Positions 42,801-56,800 of a DNA stretch of 64,000 nt are shown here, in pieces; within the stretch, counting starts at the first letter, position 1; every line of letters starts with the position of its first letter. This DNA comes from the human T2T-CHM13v2.0 reference genome, Homo sapiens. The stretch lies in the NCBI RefSeq assembly GCF_009914755.1, contig NC_060925.1; one strand, written 5' to 3'. A program made the translations under genes and the position numbers. The notes under the pieces were generated by a model that worked only from the letters and a program-made list of their open reading frames with translations, was not told the origin of the DNA and ran no database searches.

Positions 42801-45800
42801 GAAATGAATGGAATCATCATCGAATGGAATCGAATAGAATTATGGAATGAAATCCAGTGTGATCATCATCGAATGGACCCGAATGGAATCATCATCCAAC
42901 GTAAGCTAATGGAATCAACATCGAATGAATCGAATGGAAACACCATCGAATTGAAACGAATGGAATTACCATGAAATTGAAATGGATGGACTCATCATCG
43001 AATGGATTCGAATGGAATCATCGAATAAAATTGATTGAAATCATCATCGAATGGTATCGAATGGTATCATTGAATGGAATCGAATGGAATCATCCTCAGA
43101 TGGAAATGAATGGAATCGTCATAGAATGGAATCGAATGGATTCATTGAATGGAATCAGATGGAATCATCGAATGGACTGGAATGGAATCATTGAATGGAC
43201 TCGAAAGGGATCATTATTGAATGGAATTGAATGGAATCATCGAATGGTCCCGATGGAATCATTATCAAATGGAATCGAATGGAATCACCGAATAGAATCG
43301 AATGGAACAATCATCGAATGGACTCAAATGGAATTATCCTCACATGGAATCGAATGGAATTATCGAATGCAATCGAATGGAATTATCGAATGCAATCGAA
43401 TAGAATCATCGAATGGACTCGAATGGAATCATCGAATGGAATGGAATGGAACAGTCAATGAACTCGAATGGAATCATCATTGAATGGAATCGAATGGAAT
43501 CATCGAGTGGAATCGAATGGAATTATGATCAAATGGAATCGAATTTAATCATCATCAAATGGAATCAAAAATAACCATCATCAATTGGTATTGAATGGAA
43601 TTCTCATCAAATGGAATTCAAAGGAATCATCATCAAATGGAACTGAATGGAATCCTCATTGAATGGAAATGAAAGGGGTCATCATCTAATGGAATCGCAT
43701 GGAATCATCATCAAATGGAATCGAATGGAATCATCATCAAATGGAATCTGATGGAATCATTGAACAGAATTGAATGGAATCGTCATCGAATGAATTGAAT
43801 TCAATCATCGAATGGTCTCGAATGTAATCACATTCTAATGGAAAGGAATGGAATCATCGCATAGAATCGAATGGAATTAACATTGAATGGACTCGAATGG
43901 AATCAACATCAAACGGAATCAAGCGGAATTATCGAATGGAATCGAAGAGAATCATCGAATGGTCTCGAATGGAATCATCTTCTAATGGAAAGGAATGGAA
44001 TCATCTCATAGAATCGAATGGAATTAACATTGAATGGACTCGAATGGAATCAACATCAAATGCAATCAAGCGGAATTGTCGAATGAAATCGAAGAGAATC
44101 ATCGAATGGACTCGAATGGAATCATCTAATGGAATGGAATGGAATAATCCACGGACTCGAATGCAATCATCATCGTATAGAATCGAATGGAATGATCGAA
44201 AGGACTCGAATGGAATAACCATTGAACGGAATCGAATGGAATCATCATCGGATGGAAACGAATGGAATCATCATCGAATGGAAATGAAAGGAGTCATCAT
44301 CTAATGGAATTGCATGGAATCATCATCAAATGGAATCGAATGGAATCATCATCAAATGGAATCAAATGGAATCATTGAACGGAATTGAATGGAATTGTCA
44401 TCGAATGAATTGACTGCAATCATCCAATGGTCTCGAATGGAATCATCTTCAAATGGAATGGAATGGAATCATCGCATAGAATCGAATGGAATTATCATCG
44501 AATGGAATCGAATGGTATCAACATCAAACGGAAAAAAACGGAATTATCGAATGGAATCGAAGAGAATCTTCGAACGGACCCGAATGGAATCATCTAATGG
44601 AATGGAATGGAATAATCCATGGACTCGAATGCAATCATCATCGAATGGAATCGAATGGAATCATTGAATGGACTCGAATGGAATAATCATTGAACGGAAT
44701 CGAATGGAATCATCATCGGATGGAAATGAATGGAATCATCATCGAATGGAATCGAATAGAATTATGGAATGAAATCCAGTGTGATCATCATCGAATGGAC
44801 CCGAATGGAATCATCATCCAACGGAAGCTAATGGAATCAACATCGAATGAATCGAAAGGAAACACCATCGAATTGAAACGAATGGAATTATCATGAAATT
44901 GAAATGGATGGACTCATCATCGAATGGATTCGAATGGAATCATCGAATAAAATTGATTGAAATCATCATCGAATGGAATCGAATGGTATCATTGAATGGA
45001 ATCGAATGGAATCATCATCAGATGGAAATGAATGGAATCGTCATAGAATGGAATCGAATGGATTCATTGAATGGAATCAGATGGAATCATCGAATGGACT
45101 CGAATGGAATAATCATTGAACGGAATCGAATGGAATCATCATCGGATGGAAACGAATGGAATCATCATCGAATGGAAATGAAAGGAGTCATCATCTAATG
45201 GAATTTCATGGAATCATCATCAAATGGAATCGAATGGAATCAACATCAAATGGAATCAAATGGAATCATTGAACGGAATTGAATGGAATCGTCATCGAAT
45301 GAATTGAATGCAATCATCGAATGGTCTCGAATGGAATCATCTTCAAATGGAATGGAATGGAATCATCGCATAGAATCGAATGGAATTATCATCGAATGGA
45401 ATCGAATGTTATCAACATCAAACGGAAAATAACGGAATTATCGAATGGAATCGAAGAGAATCATCGAACGGACCCGAATGGAATCATCTAATGGAATGGA
45501 ATGGAATAATCCACGGACTCGAATGCAATCATCGTCGAATGGAATCGAATAGAATCATCGAATGGACTCGAATGGAATAATCATTGAACGGAATCGAATG
45601 GAATCATCATCGGATGGAAACGAATGGAATCATCATCGAATGGAATCGAATAGAATTATGGAATGAAATCCAGTGTGATCATCATCGAATGGACCCGAAT
45701 GGAATCATCATCCAACGGAAGCTAATGGAATCAACATCGAATGAATCAAATGGAAACACCATCGAATTGAAACGAATGGAATTACCATGAAATTGAAATG

Positions 45801-48800
45801 GATGGACTCATCATCAAATGGATTCGAATGGAATCATCGAATAAAATTGATTGAAATCATCATCGAATGGAATCGAATGGTATCATTGAATGGAATCGAA
45901 TGGAATCATCATCAGATGGAAATGAATGGAATCGTCATAGAATGGAATCGAATGGATTCATTGAATGGAATCAGATGGAATCATTGAATGGACTGGAATG
46001 GAATCATTGAATGGACTCGAAAGGGATCATTATTGAATGGAATTGAATGGAATCATCGAATGGTCTCGATTGGAATCATTATCAAATGGAATCGAATGGA
46101 ATCACCGAATAGAATCGAATGGAACAATCATCGAATGGACTCAAATGGAATTATCCTCCAATGGAATGGAATGGAATTATCGAATGCAATCGAATGGAAT
46201 TATCGAATGCAATCGAATAGAATCATCGAATGGACTCGAATGGAATCATCGAATGGAATGGAATGGAACAGTCAATGAACTCGAATGGAATCATCATTGA
46301 ATGGAATCGAATGGAATCATCGAGTGGAATCGAATGGAATTATGATCAAATGGAATCGAATGTAATCATCATCAAATGGAATCAAAAATAACCATCATCA
46401 ATTGGTATTGAATGGAATTGTCATCAAATGGAATTCAAAGGAATCATCATCAAATGGAACCGAATGGAATCCTCATTGAATGGAAATGAAAGGGGTCATC
46501 ATCTAATGGAATCGCATGGAATCATCATCAAATGGAATCGAATGGAATCATCATCAAATGGAATCTAATGGAATCATTGAAAAGAATTGAATGGAATCGT
46601 CATCGAATGAATTGAATGCAATCATCGAATGGTCTCGAATGGAATCATCTTCTAATGGAAAGGAATGGAATCATCGCATAGAATCGAATGGAATTATCAT
46701 CGAATGGAATCGAATGGTATCAACACCAAACGGAAAAAAACGGAATTATCGAATGGAATCGAAGAGAATCTTCGAACGGACCCGAATGGAATCATCTAAT
46801 GGAATGGAATGGAATAATCCATGGACTCGAATGCAATCATCATCGAATGGAATCGAATGGAATCATCGAATGGACTCGAATGGAATAATCATTGAACGGA
46901 ATCGAATGGAATCATCATCGGATGGAAACGAATGGAATCATCATCGAATGGAAATGAAAGGAGTCATCATCTAATGGAATTGCATGGAATCATCATCAAA
47001 TGGAATCGAATGGAATCAACATCAAATGGAATCAAATGGAATCATTGAACGGAATTGAATGGAATCGTCATCGAATGAATTGAATGCAATCATCGAATGG
47101 TCTCGAATGGAATCATCTTCAAATAGAATGGAATGGAATCATCGCATAGAATCGAATGGAATTATCATCGAATGGAATCGAATGGAATCAACATCAAACG
47201 GAAAAAAACGGAATTATCGAATGGAATCGAAGAGAATCATCGAATGGACCCGAATGGAATCATCTAATGGAATGGAATGGAATAATCCATGGACTCGAAT
47301 GCAATCATCATCGAATGGAATCGAATGGAATCATCGAATGGACTCGAATGGAATAATCATTGAACGGAATCGAATGGAATCATCATCGGATGGAAATGAA
47401 TGGAATCATCATCGAATGGAATCGAATAGAATTATGGAATGAAATCCAGTGTGATCATCATCGAATGGACCCGAATGGAATCATCATCCAACGTAAGCTA
47501 ATGGAATCAACATCGAATGAATCGAATGGAAACACCATCGAATTGAAACGAATGGAATTACCATGAAATTGAAATGGATGGACTCATCATCGAATGGATT
47601 CGAATGGAATCATCGAATAAAATTGATTGAAATCATCATCGAATTGTATCGAATGGTATCATTGAATGGAATCAAATGGAATCATCCTCAGATGGAAATG
47701 AATGGAATCGTCATAGAATGGAATCGAATGGATTCATTGAATGGAATCAGATGGAATCATCGAATGGACTGGAATGGAATCATTGAATGGACTCGAAAGG
47801 GATCATTATTGAATGGAATTGAATGGAATCATCGAATGGTCCCGATGGAATCATTATCAAATGGAATCGAATGGAATCACCGAATAGAATCGAATGGAAC
47901 AATCATCGAATGGACTCAAATGGAATTATCCTCACATGGAATCGAATGGAATTATCGAATGCAATCGAATGGAATTATCGAATGCAATCGAATAGAATCA
48001 TCGAATGGACTCGAATGGAATCATCGAATGGAATGGAATGGAACAGTCAATGAACTCGAATGGAATCATCATTGAATGGAATCGAATGGAATCATCGAGT
48101 GGAATCGAATGGAATTATGATCAAATGGAATCGAATTTAATCATCATCAAATGGAATCAAAAATAACCATCATCAATTGGTATTGAATGGAATTCTCATC
48201 AAATGGAATTCAAAGGAATCATCATCAAATGGAACTGAATGGAATCCTCATTGAATGGAAATGAAAGGGGTCATCATCTAATGGAATCGCATGGAATCAT
48301 CATCAAATGGAATCGAATGGAATCATCATCAAATGGAATCTGATGGAATCATTGAACAGAATTGAATGGAATCGTCATCGAATGAATTGAATTCAATCAT
48401 CGAATGGTCTCGAATGTAATCACATTCTAATGGAAAGGAATGGAATCATCGCATAGAATCGAATGGAATTAACATTGAATGGACTCGAATGGAATCAACA
48501 TCAAACGGAATCAAGCGGAATTATCGAATGGAATCGAAGAGAATCATCGAATGGTCTCGAATGGAATCATCTTCTAATGGAAAGGAATGGAATCATCTCA
48601 TAGAATCGAATGGAATTAACATTGAATGGACTCGAATGGAATCAACATCAAATGCAATCAAGCGGAATTGTCGAATGAAATCGAAGAGAATCATCGAATG
48701 GACTCGAATGGAATCATCTAATGGAATGGAATGGAATAATCCACGGACTCGAATGCAATCATCATCGTATAGAATCGAATGGAATGATCGAAAGGACTCG

Positions 48801-50800
48801 AATGGAATAACCATTGAACGGAATCGAATGGAATCATCATCGGATGGAAACGAATGGAATCATCATCGAATGGAAATGAAAGGAGTCATCATCTAATGGA
48901 ATTGCATGGAATCATCATCAAATGGAATCGAATGGAATCATCATCAAATGGAATCAAATGGAATCATTGAACGGAATTGAATGGAATTGTCATCGAATGA
49001 ATTGACTGCAATCATCCAATGGTCTCGAATGGAATCATCTTCAAATGGAATGGAATGGAATCATCGCATAGAATCGAATGGAATTATCATCGAATGGAAT
49101 CGAATGGTATCAACATCAAACGGAAAAAAACGGAATTATCGAATGGAATCGAAGAGAATCTTCGAACGGACCCGAATGGAATCATCTAATGGAATGGAAT
49201 GGAATAATCCATGGACTCGAATGCAATCATCATCGAATGGAATCGAATGGAATCATTGAATGGACTCGAATGGAATAATCATTGAACGGAATCGAATGGA
49301 ATCATCATCGGATGGAAATGAATGGAATCATCATCGAATGGAATCGAATAGAATTATGGAATGAAATCCAGTGTGATCATCATCGAATGGACCCGAATGG
49401 AATCATCATCCAACGGAAGCTAATGGAATCAACATCGAATGAATCGAAAGGAAACACCATCGAATTGAAACGAATGGAATTATCATGAAATTGAAATGGA
49501 TGGACTCATCATCGAATGGATTCGAATGGAATCATCGAATAAAATTGATTGAAATCATCATCGAATGGAATCGAATGGTATCATTGAATGGAATCGAATG
49601 GAATCATCATCAGATGGAAATGAATGGAATCGTCATAGAATGGAATCGAATGGATTCATTGAATGGAATCAGATGGAATCATCGAATGGACTCGAATGGA
49701 ATAATCATTGAACGGAATCGAATGGAATCATCATCGGATGGAAACGAATGGAATCATCATCGAATGGAAATGAAAGGAGTCATCATCTAATGGAATTTCA
49801 TGGAATCATCATCAAATGGAATCGAATGGAATCAACATCAAATGGAATCAAATGGAATCATTGAACGGAATTGAATGGAATCGTCATCGAATGAATTGAA
49901 TGCAATCATCGAATGGTCTCGAATGGAATCATCTTCAAATGGAATGGAATGGAATCATCGCATAGAATCGAATGGAATTATCATCGAATGGAATCGAATG
50001 TTATCAACATCAAACGGAAAATAACGGAATTATCGAATGGAATCGAAGAGAATCATCGAACGGACCCGAATGGAATCATCTAATGGAATGGAATGGAATA
50101 ATCCACGGACTCGAATGCAATCATCGTCGAATGGAATCGAATAGAATCATCGAATGGACTCGAATGGAATAATCATTGAACGGAATCGAATGGAATCATC
50201 ATCGGATGGAAACGAATGGAATCATCATCGAATGGAATCGAATAGAATTATGGAATGAAATCCAGTGTGATCATCATCGAATGGACCCGAATGGAATCAT
50301 CATCCAACGGAAGCTAATGGAATCAACATCGAATGAATCAAATGGAAACACCATCGAATTGAAACGAATGGAATTACCATGAAATTGAAATGGACGGACT
50401 CATCATCAAATGGATTCGAATGGAATCATCGAATAAAATTGATTGAAATCATCATCGAATGGAATCGAATGGTATCATTGAATGGAATCGAATGGAATCA
50501 TCATCAGATGGAAATGAATGGAATCGTCATAGAATGGAATCGAATGGATTCATTGAATGGAATCAGATGGAATCATTGAATGGACTGGAATGGAATCATT
50601 GAATGGACTCGAAAGGGATCATTATTGAATGGAATTGAATGGAATCATCGAATGGTCTCGATTGGAATCATTATCAAATGGAATCGAATGGAATCACCGA
50701 ATAGAATCGAATGGAACAATCATCGAATGGACTCAAATGGAATTATCCTCCAATGGAATGGAATGGAATTATCGAATGCAATCGAATGGAATTATCGAAT
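30849..50800 (+). repeat. 4592-bp higher-order repeat (1922 + 894 + 1776): copies start at 30849, 35441 (truncated to 2816), 38257, 42849 and 47441
   Basis: Diagnostic ORFs recur at 30971, 35563, 38379, 42971 and 47563 (spacings 4592, 2816, 4592, 4592). The same spacings hold for 31897/36489/39305/43897/48489 and 32893/37485/40301/44893/49485. Shared variants: GGTCCCGATGG, CATCCTCAGA, GGAAAATAACGG, TGACTGCAATCATCC. Confidence 0.93.
33665..35440 (+). repeat. Canonical 1776-bp unit (type A): ~840-bp core + two 468-bp modules
   Basis: Landmark GAAATCCAGTGTG at 33665 and 35441. Module ORFs start at 34591 and 35059 (468 apart). Near-identical units at 41073-42848, 45665-47440 and 57937-59712. Confidence 0.92.
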
Positions 50801-50839
50801 GCAATCGAATAGAATCATCGAATGGACTCGAATGGAATC

Positions 50840-53800
50840 ATCGAATGGAATGGAATGGAATGGAACAGTCAATGAACTCGAATGGAATCATCATTGAATG
50901 GAATCGAATGGAATCATCGAGTGGAATCGAATGGAATTATGATCAAATGGAATCGAATGTAATCATCATCAAATGGAATCAAAAATAACCATCATCAATT
51001 GGTATTGAATGGAATTGTCATCAAATGGAATTCAAAGGAATCATCATCAAATGGAACCGAATGGAATCCTCATTGAATGGAAATGAAAGGGGTCATCATC
51101 TAATGGAATCGCATGGAATCATCATCAAATGGAATCGAATGGAATCATCATCAAATGGAATCCAATGGAATCATTGAAAGAATTGAATGGAATGGTCATC
51201 GAATGAATTGAATGCAATCATCGAATGGTCTCGAATGGAATCATCTTCTAATGGAAAGGAATGGAATCATCGCATAGAATCGAATGGAATTATCATCGAA
51301 TGGAATCGAATGGTATCAACACCAAACGGAAAAAAACGGAATTATCGAATGGAATCGAAGAGAATCTTCGAACGGACCCGAATGGAATCATCTAATGGAA
51401 TGGAATGGAATAATCCATGGACTCGAATGCAATCATCATCGAATGGAATCGAATGGAATCATCGAATGGACTCGAATGGAATAATCATTGAACGGAATCG
51501 AATGGAATCATCATCGGATGGAAACGAATGGAATCATCATCGAATGGAAATGAAAGGAGTCATCATCTAATGGAATTGCATGGAATCATCATCAAATGGA
51601 ATCGAATGGAATCAACATCAAATGGAATCAAATGGAATCATTGAACGGAATTGAATGGAATCGTCATCGAATGAATTGACTGCAATCATCGAATGGTCTC
51701 GAATGGAATCATCTTCAAATGGAATGGAATGGAATCATCGCATAGAATCGAATGGAATTATCATCGAATGGAATCGAATGGAATCAACATCAAACGGAAA
51801 AAAACGGAATTATCGAATGGAATCGAAGAGAATCATCGAATGGACCCGAATGGAATCATCTAATGGAATGGAATGGAATAATCCATGGACTCGAATGCAA
51901 TCATCACCGAATGGAATCGAATGGAATCATCGAATGGACTCGAATGGAATAATCATGGAACGGAATCGAATGGAATCATCATCGGATGGAAATGAATGGA
52001 ATCATCATCGAATGGAATCGAATAGAATTATGGAATGAAATCCAGTGTGATCATCATCGAATGGACCCGAATGGAATCATCATCCAACGGAAGCTAATGG
52101 AATCAACATCGAATGAATCAAATGGAAACACCATCGAATTGAAACGAATGGATTTACCATGAAATTGAAATGGATGGACTCATCATCAAATGGATTCGAG
52201 TGGAATCATCGAATAAAATTGATTGAAATCATCATCGAATGTTATCGAATGGTATCATTGAATGGAATCGAATGGAATCATCATCAGATGGAAATGAAAG
52301 GAATCGTCATAGAATGGAATCGAATGGATTCATTGAATGGAATCAGATGGAATCTTCGAATGGACTGGAATGGAATCATTGAATGGACTCGAAAGGGATC
52401 ATTATTGAATGGAATTGAATGGAATCATCGAATGGTCTCGATTGGAATCATTATCAAATGGAATCGAATGGAATCACCGAATAGAATCGAATGGAACAAT
52501 CATCAAATGGACTCAAATGGAATTATCCTCAAATGGAATTGAATGGAATTATCGAATGCAATCGAATGGAATTATCGAATGCAATCGAATAGAATCATCG
52601 AATGGACTCGAATGGAATCATCGAATGGAATGGAATGGAACAGTCAATGAACTCGAATGGAATCATCATTGAATGGAATCGAATGGAATCATCGAGTGGA
52701 ATCGAATGTAATCATCATCAAATGGAATCAAAAATAACCATCATCAAATGGAATCAAAAATAACCATCATCAATTGGTGTTGAATGGAATTCTCATCAAA
52801 TGGAATTCAAAGAAATCATCATCAAATGGAACCGAATGGAATCCTCATTGAATGGAAATGAAAGGGGTCATCATCTAATGGAATCGCATGGAATCATCAT
52901 AAAATGGAATCGAATGGAATCAACATCAAATGGAATCAAATGGAATCATTGAACGGAATTGAATGGAATCGTCATCGAAAGAATTGAATGCAATCATCGA
53001 ATGGTCTCGAATGGAATCATCTTCAAATGGAATGGAATGGAATCATCGCATAGAATCGAAAGGAATTATCATCGAATGGAATCGAATGGAATCAACACCA
53101 AACGGAAAAAAACGGAATTATCGAATGGAATCGAAGAGAATCATCGAATGGACCCGAATGGAATCATCTAATGGAATGGAATGGAATAATCCATGGACTC
53201 GAATGCAATCATCATCGAATGCAATCGAATGGAATCATCGAATGGACTCGAATGGAATAATCATTGAACGGAATCGAATGGAATCATCATCGGATGGAAA
53301 CGAATGGAATCATCATCGAATGGAATCGAATAGAATTATGGATTGAAATCCAGTGTGATCATCATCGAATGGACCCGAATGGAATCATCATCCAACGGAA
53401 GCTAATGGAATCAACATCGAATGAATCGAAAGGAAACACCATCGAATTGAAACGAATGGAATTACCATGAAATTGAAATGGATGGACTCATCATCAAATG
53501 GATTCGTATGGAATCATCGAATAAAATTGATTGAAATCATCATCGAATGGAATCGAATGGTATCATTGAATGGAATCGAATGGAATCATCATCAGATGGA
53601 AATGAATGGAATCGTCATAGAATGGGATCGAATGGATTCATTGAATGGAATCAGATGGAATCATTGAATGGACTGGAATGGAATCATTGAATGGACTCGA
53701 AAGGGATCATTATTGAATGGAATTGAATGGAATCATCGAATGGTCTCGATAGGAATCATTATCAAATGGAATCGAATGGAATCACCGAATAGAATCGAAT

Positions 53801-56800
53801 GGAACAATCATCGAATGGACTCAAATGGAATTATCCTCTAATGGAATCGAATGGAATTATCGAATGTAATCGAATGGAATTCTCGAATGCAATCGAATAG
53901 AATCATCGAATGGACTCGAATGGAATCATCGAATGGAATGGAATGGAACAGTCAATGAACTCGAATGGAATCATCATTGAATGGAATCGAATGGAATCAT
54001 CGAGTGGAATCGAAAGGAATTATGACCAAATGGAATCGAATGTAATCATCATCAAATGGAATCAAAAATAACCATCATCAATTGGTATTGAATGGAATTG
54101 TCATCAAATGGAATTCAAAGGAATCATCATCAAATGGAACCGAATGGAATCCTCATTGAATGGAAATGAAAGGGGTCATCATCTAATGGAATCGCATGGA
54201 ATCATCATCAAATGGAATCGAATGGAATCATCATCAAATGGAATCTAATGGAAACATTGAAAAGAATTGAATGGAATCGTCATCGAATGAATTGAATGCA
54301 ATCATCGAATGGTCTCGAATGGAATCATCTTCTAATGAAAAGGAATGGAATCATCGCATAGAATCGAATGGAATTATCATCGAATGGAATCGAATGGTAT
54401 CAACACCAAACGGAAAAAAACGGAATTATCGAATGGAATCGAAGAGAATCTTCGAACGGACCCGAATGGAATCATCTAATGGAATGGAATGGAATAATCC
54501 ATGGACTCGAATGCAATCATCATCGAATGGAATCGAATGGAATCATCGAATGGACTCGAATGGAATAATCATTGAACGGAATCGAATGGAATCATCATCG
54601 GATGGAAACGAATGGAATCATCATCGAATGGAAATGAAAGGAGTCATCATCTAATGGAATTGCATGGAATCATCATCAAATGGAATCGAATGGAATCAAC
54701 ATCAAATGGAATCAAATGGAATCATTGAACGGAATTGAATGGAATCGTCATCGAATGAATTGAATGCAATCATCGAATGGTCTCGAATGGAATCATCTTC
54801 AAATGGAATGGAATGGAATCATCGCATAGAATCGAATGGAATTATCATCGAATGGAATCGAATGGAATCAACATCAAACGGAAAAAAACGGAATTATCGA
54901 ATGGAATCGAAGAGAATCATCGAATGGACCCGAATGGAATCATCTAATGGAATGGAATGGAATAATCCATGGACTCGAATGCAATCATCATCGAATGGAA
55001 TCGAATGGAATCATCGAATGGACTCGAATGGAATAATCATTGAACGGAATCGAATGGAATCATCATCGGATGGAAATGAATGGAATCATCATCGAATGGA
55101 ATCGAATAGAATTATGGAATGAAATCCAGTGTGATCATCATCGAATGGACCCGAATGGAATCATCATCCAACGTAAGCTAATGGAATCAACATCGAATGA
55201 ATCGAATGGAAACACCATCGAATTGAAACGAATGGAATTACCATGAAATTGAAATGGATGGACTCATCATCGAATGGATTCGAATGGAATCATCGAATAA
55301 AATTGATTGAAATCATCATCGAATGGTATCGAATGGTATCATTGAATGGAATCGAATGGAATCATCCTCAGATGGAAATGAATGGAATCGTCATAGAATG
55401 GAATCGAATGGATTCATTGAATGGAATCAGATGGAATCATCGAATGGACTGGAATGGAATCATTGAATGGACTCGAAAGGGATCATTATTGAATGGAATT
55501 GAATGGAATCATCGAATGGTCCCGATGGAATCATTATCAAATGGAATCGAATGGAATCACCGAATAGAATCGAATGGAACAATCATCGAATGGACTCAAA
55601 TGGAATTATCCTCACATGGAATCGAATGGAATTATCGAATGCAATCGAATGGAATTATCGAATGCAATCGAATAGAATCATCGAATGGACTCGAATGGAA
55701 TCATCGAATGGAATGGAATGGAACAGTCAATGAACTCGAATGGAATCATCATTGAATGGAATCGAATGGAATCATCGAGTGGAATCGAATGGAATTATGA
55801 TCAAATGGAATCGAATTTAATCATCATCAAATGGAATCAAAAATAACCATCATCAATTGGTATTGAATGGAATTCTCATCAAATGGAATTCAAAGGAATC
55901 ATCATCAAATGGAACTGAATGGAATCCTCATTGAATGGAAATGAAAGGGGTCATCATCTAATGGAATCGCATGGAATCATCATCAAATGGAATCGAATGG
56001 AATCATCATCAAATGGAATCTGATGGAATCATTGAACAGAATTGAATGGAATCGTCATCGAATGAATTGAATTCAATCATCGAATGGTCTCGAATGTAAT
56101 CACATTCTAATGGAAAGGAATGGAATCATCGCATAGAATCGAATGGAATTAACATTGAATGGACTCGAATGGAATCAACATCAAACGGAATCAAGCGGAA
56201 TTATCGAATGGAATCGAAGAGAATCATCGAATGGTCTCGAATGGAATCATCTTCTAATGGAAAGGAATGGAATCATCTCATAGAATCGAATGGAATTAAC
56301 ATTGAATGGACTCGAATGGAATCAACATCAAATGCAATCAAGCGGAATTGTCGAATGAAATCGAAGAGAATCATCGAATGGACTCGAATGGAATCATCTA
56401 ATGGAATGGAATGGAATAATCCACGGACTCGAATGCAATCATCATCGTATAGAATCGAATGGAATGATCGAAAGGACTCGAATGGAATAACCATTGAACG
56501 GAATCGAATGGAATCATCATCGGATGGAAACGAATGGAATCATCATCGAATGGAAATGAAAGGAGTCATCATCTAATGGAATTGCATGGAATCATCATCA
56601 AATGGAATCGAATGGAATCATCATCAAATGGAATCAAATGGAATCATTGAACGGAATTGAATGGAATTGTCATCGAATGAATTGACTGCAATCATCCAAT
56701 GGTCTCGAATGGAATCATCTTCAAATGGAATGGAATGGAATCATCGCATAGAATCGAATGGAATTATCATCGAATGGAATCGAATGGTATCAACATCAAA

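Noticed and set aside
29999-50310. Exact 12,000-bp periodicity (29999/41999 etc.) as a synthetic or assembly artefact
   Set aside because: It equals 4592+2816+4592. The copies differ at SNVs (TAATGAAAAG ~30061 vs TAATGGAAAG ~42061; GAATGGGAAT ~31661 vs GAATGGAAAT ~43661), so the round number looks coincidental.
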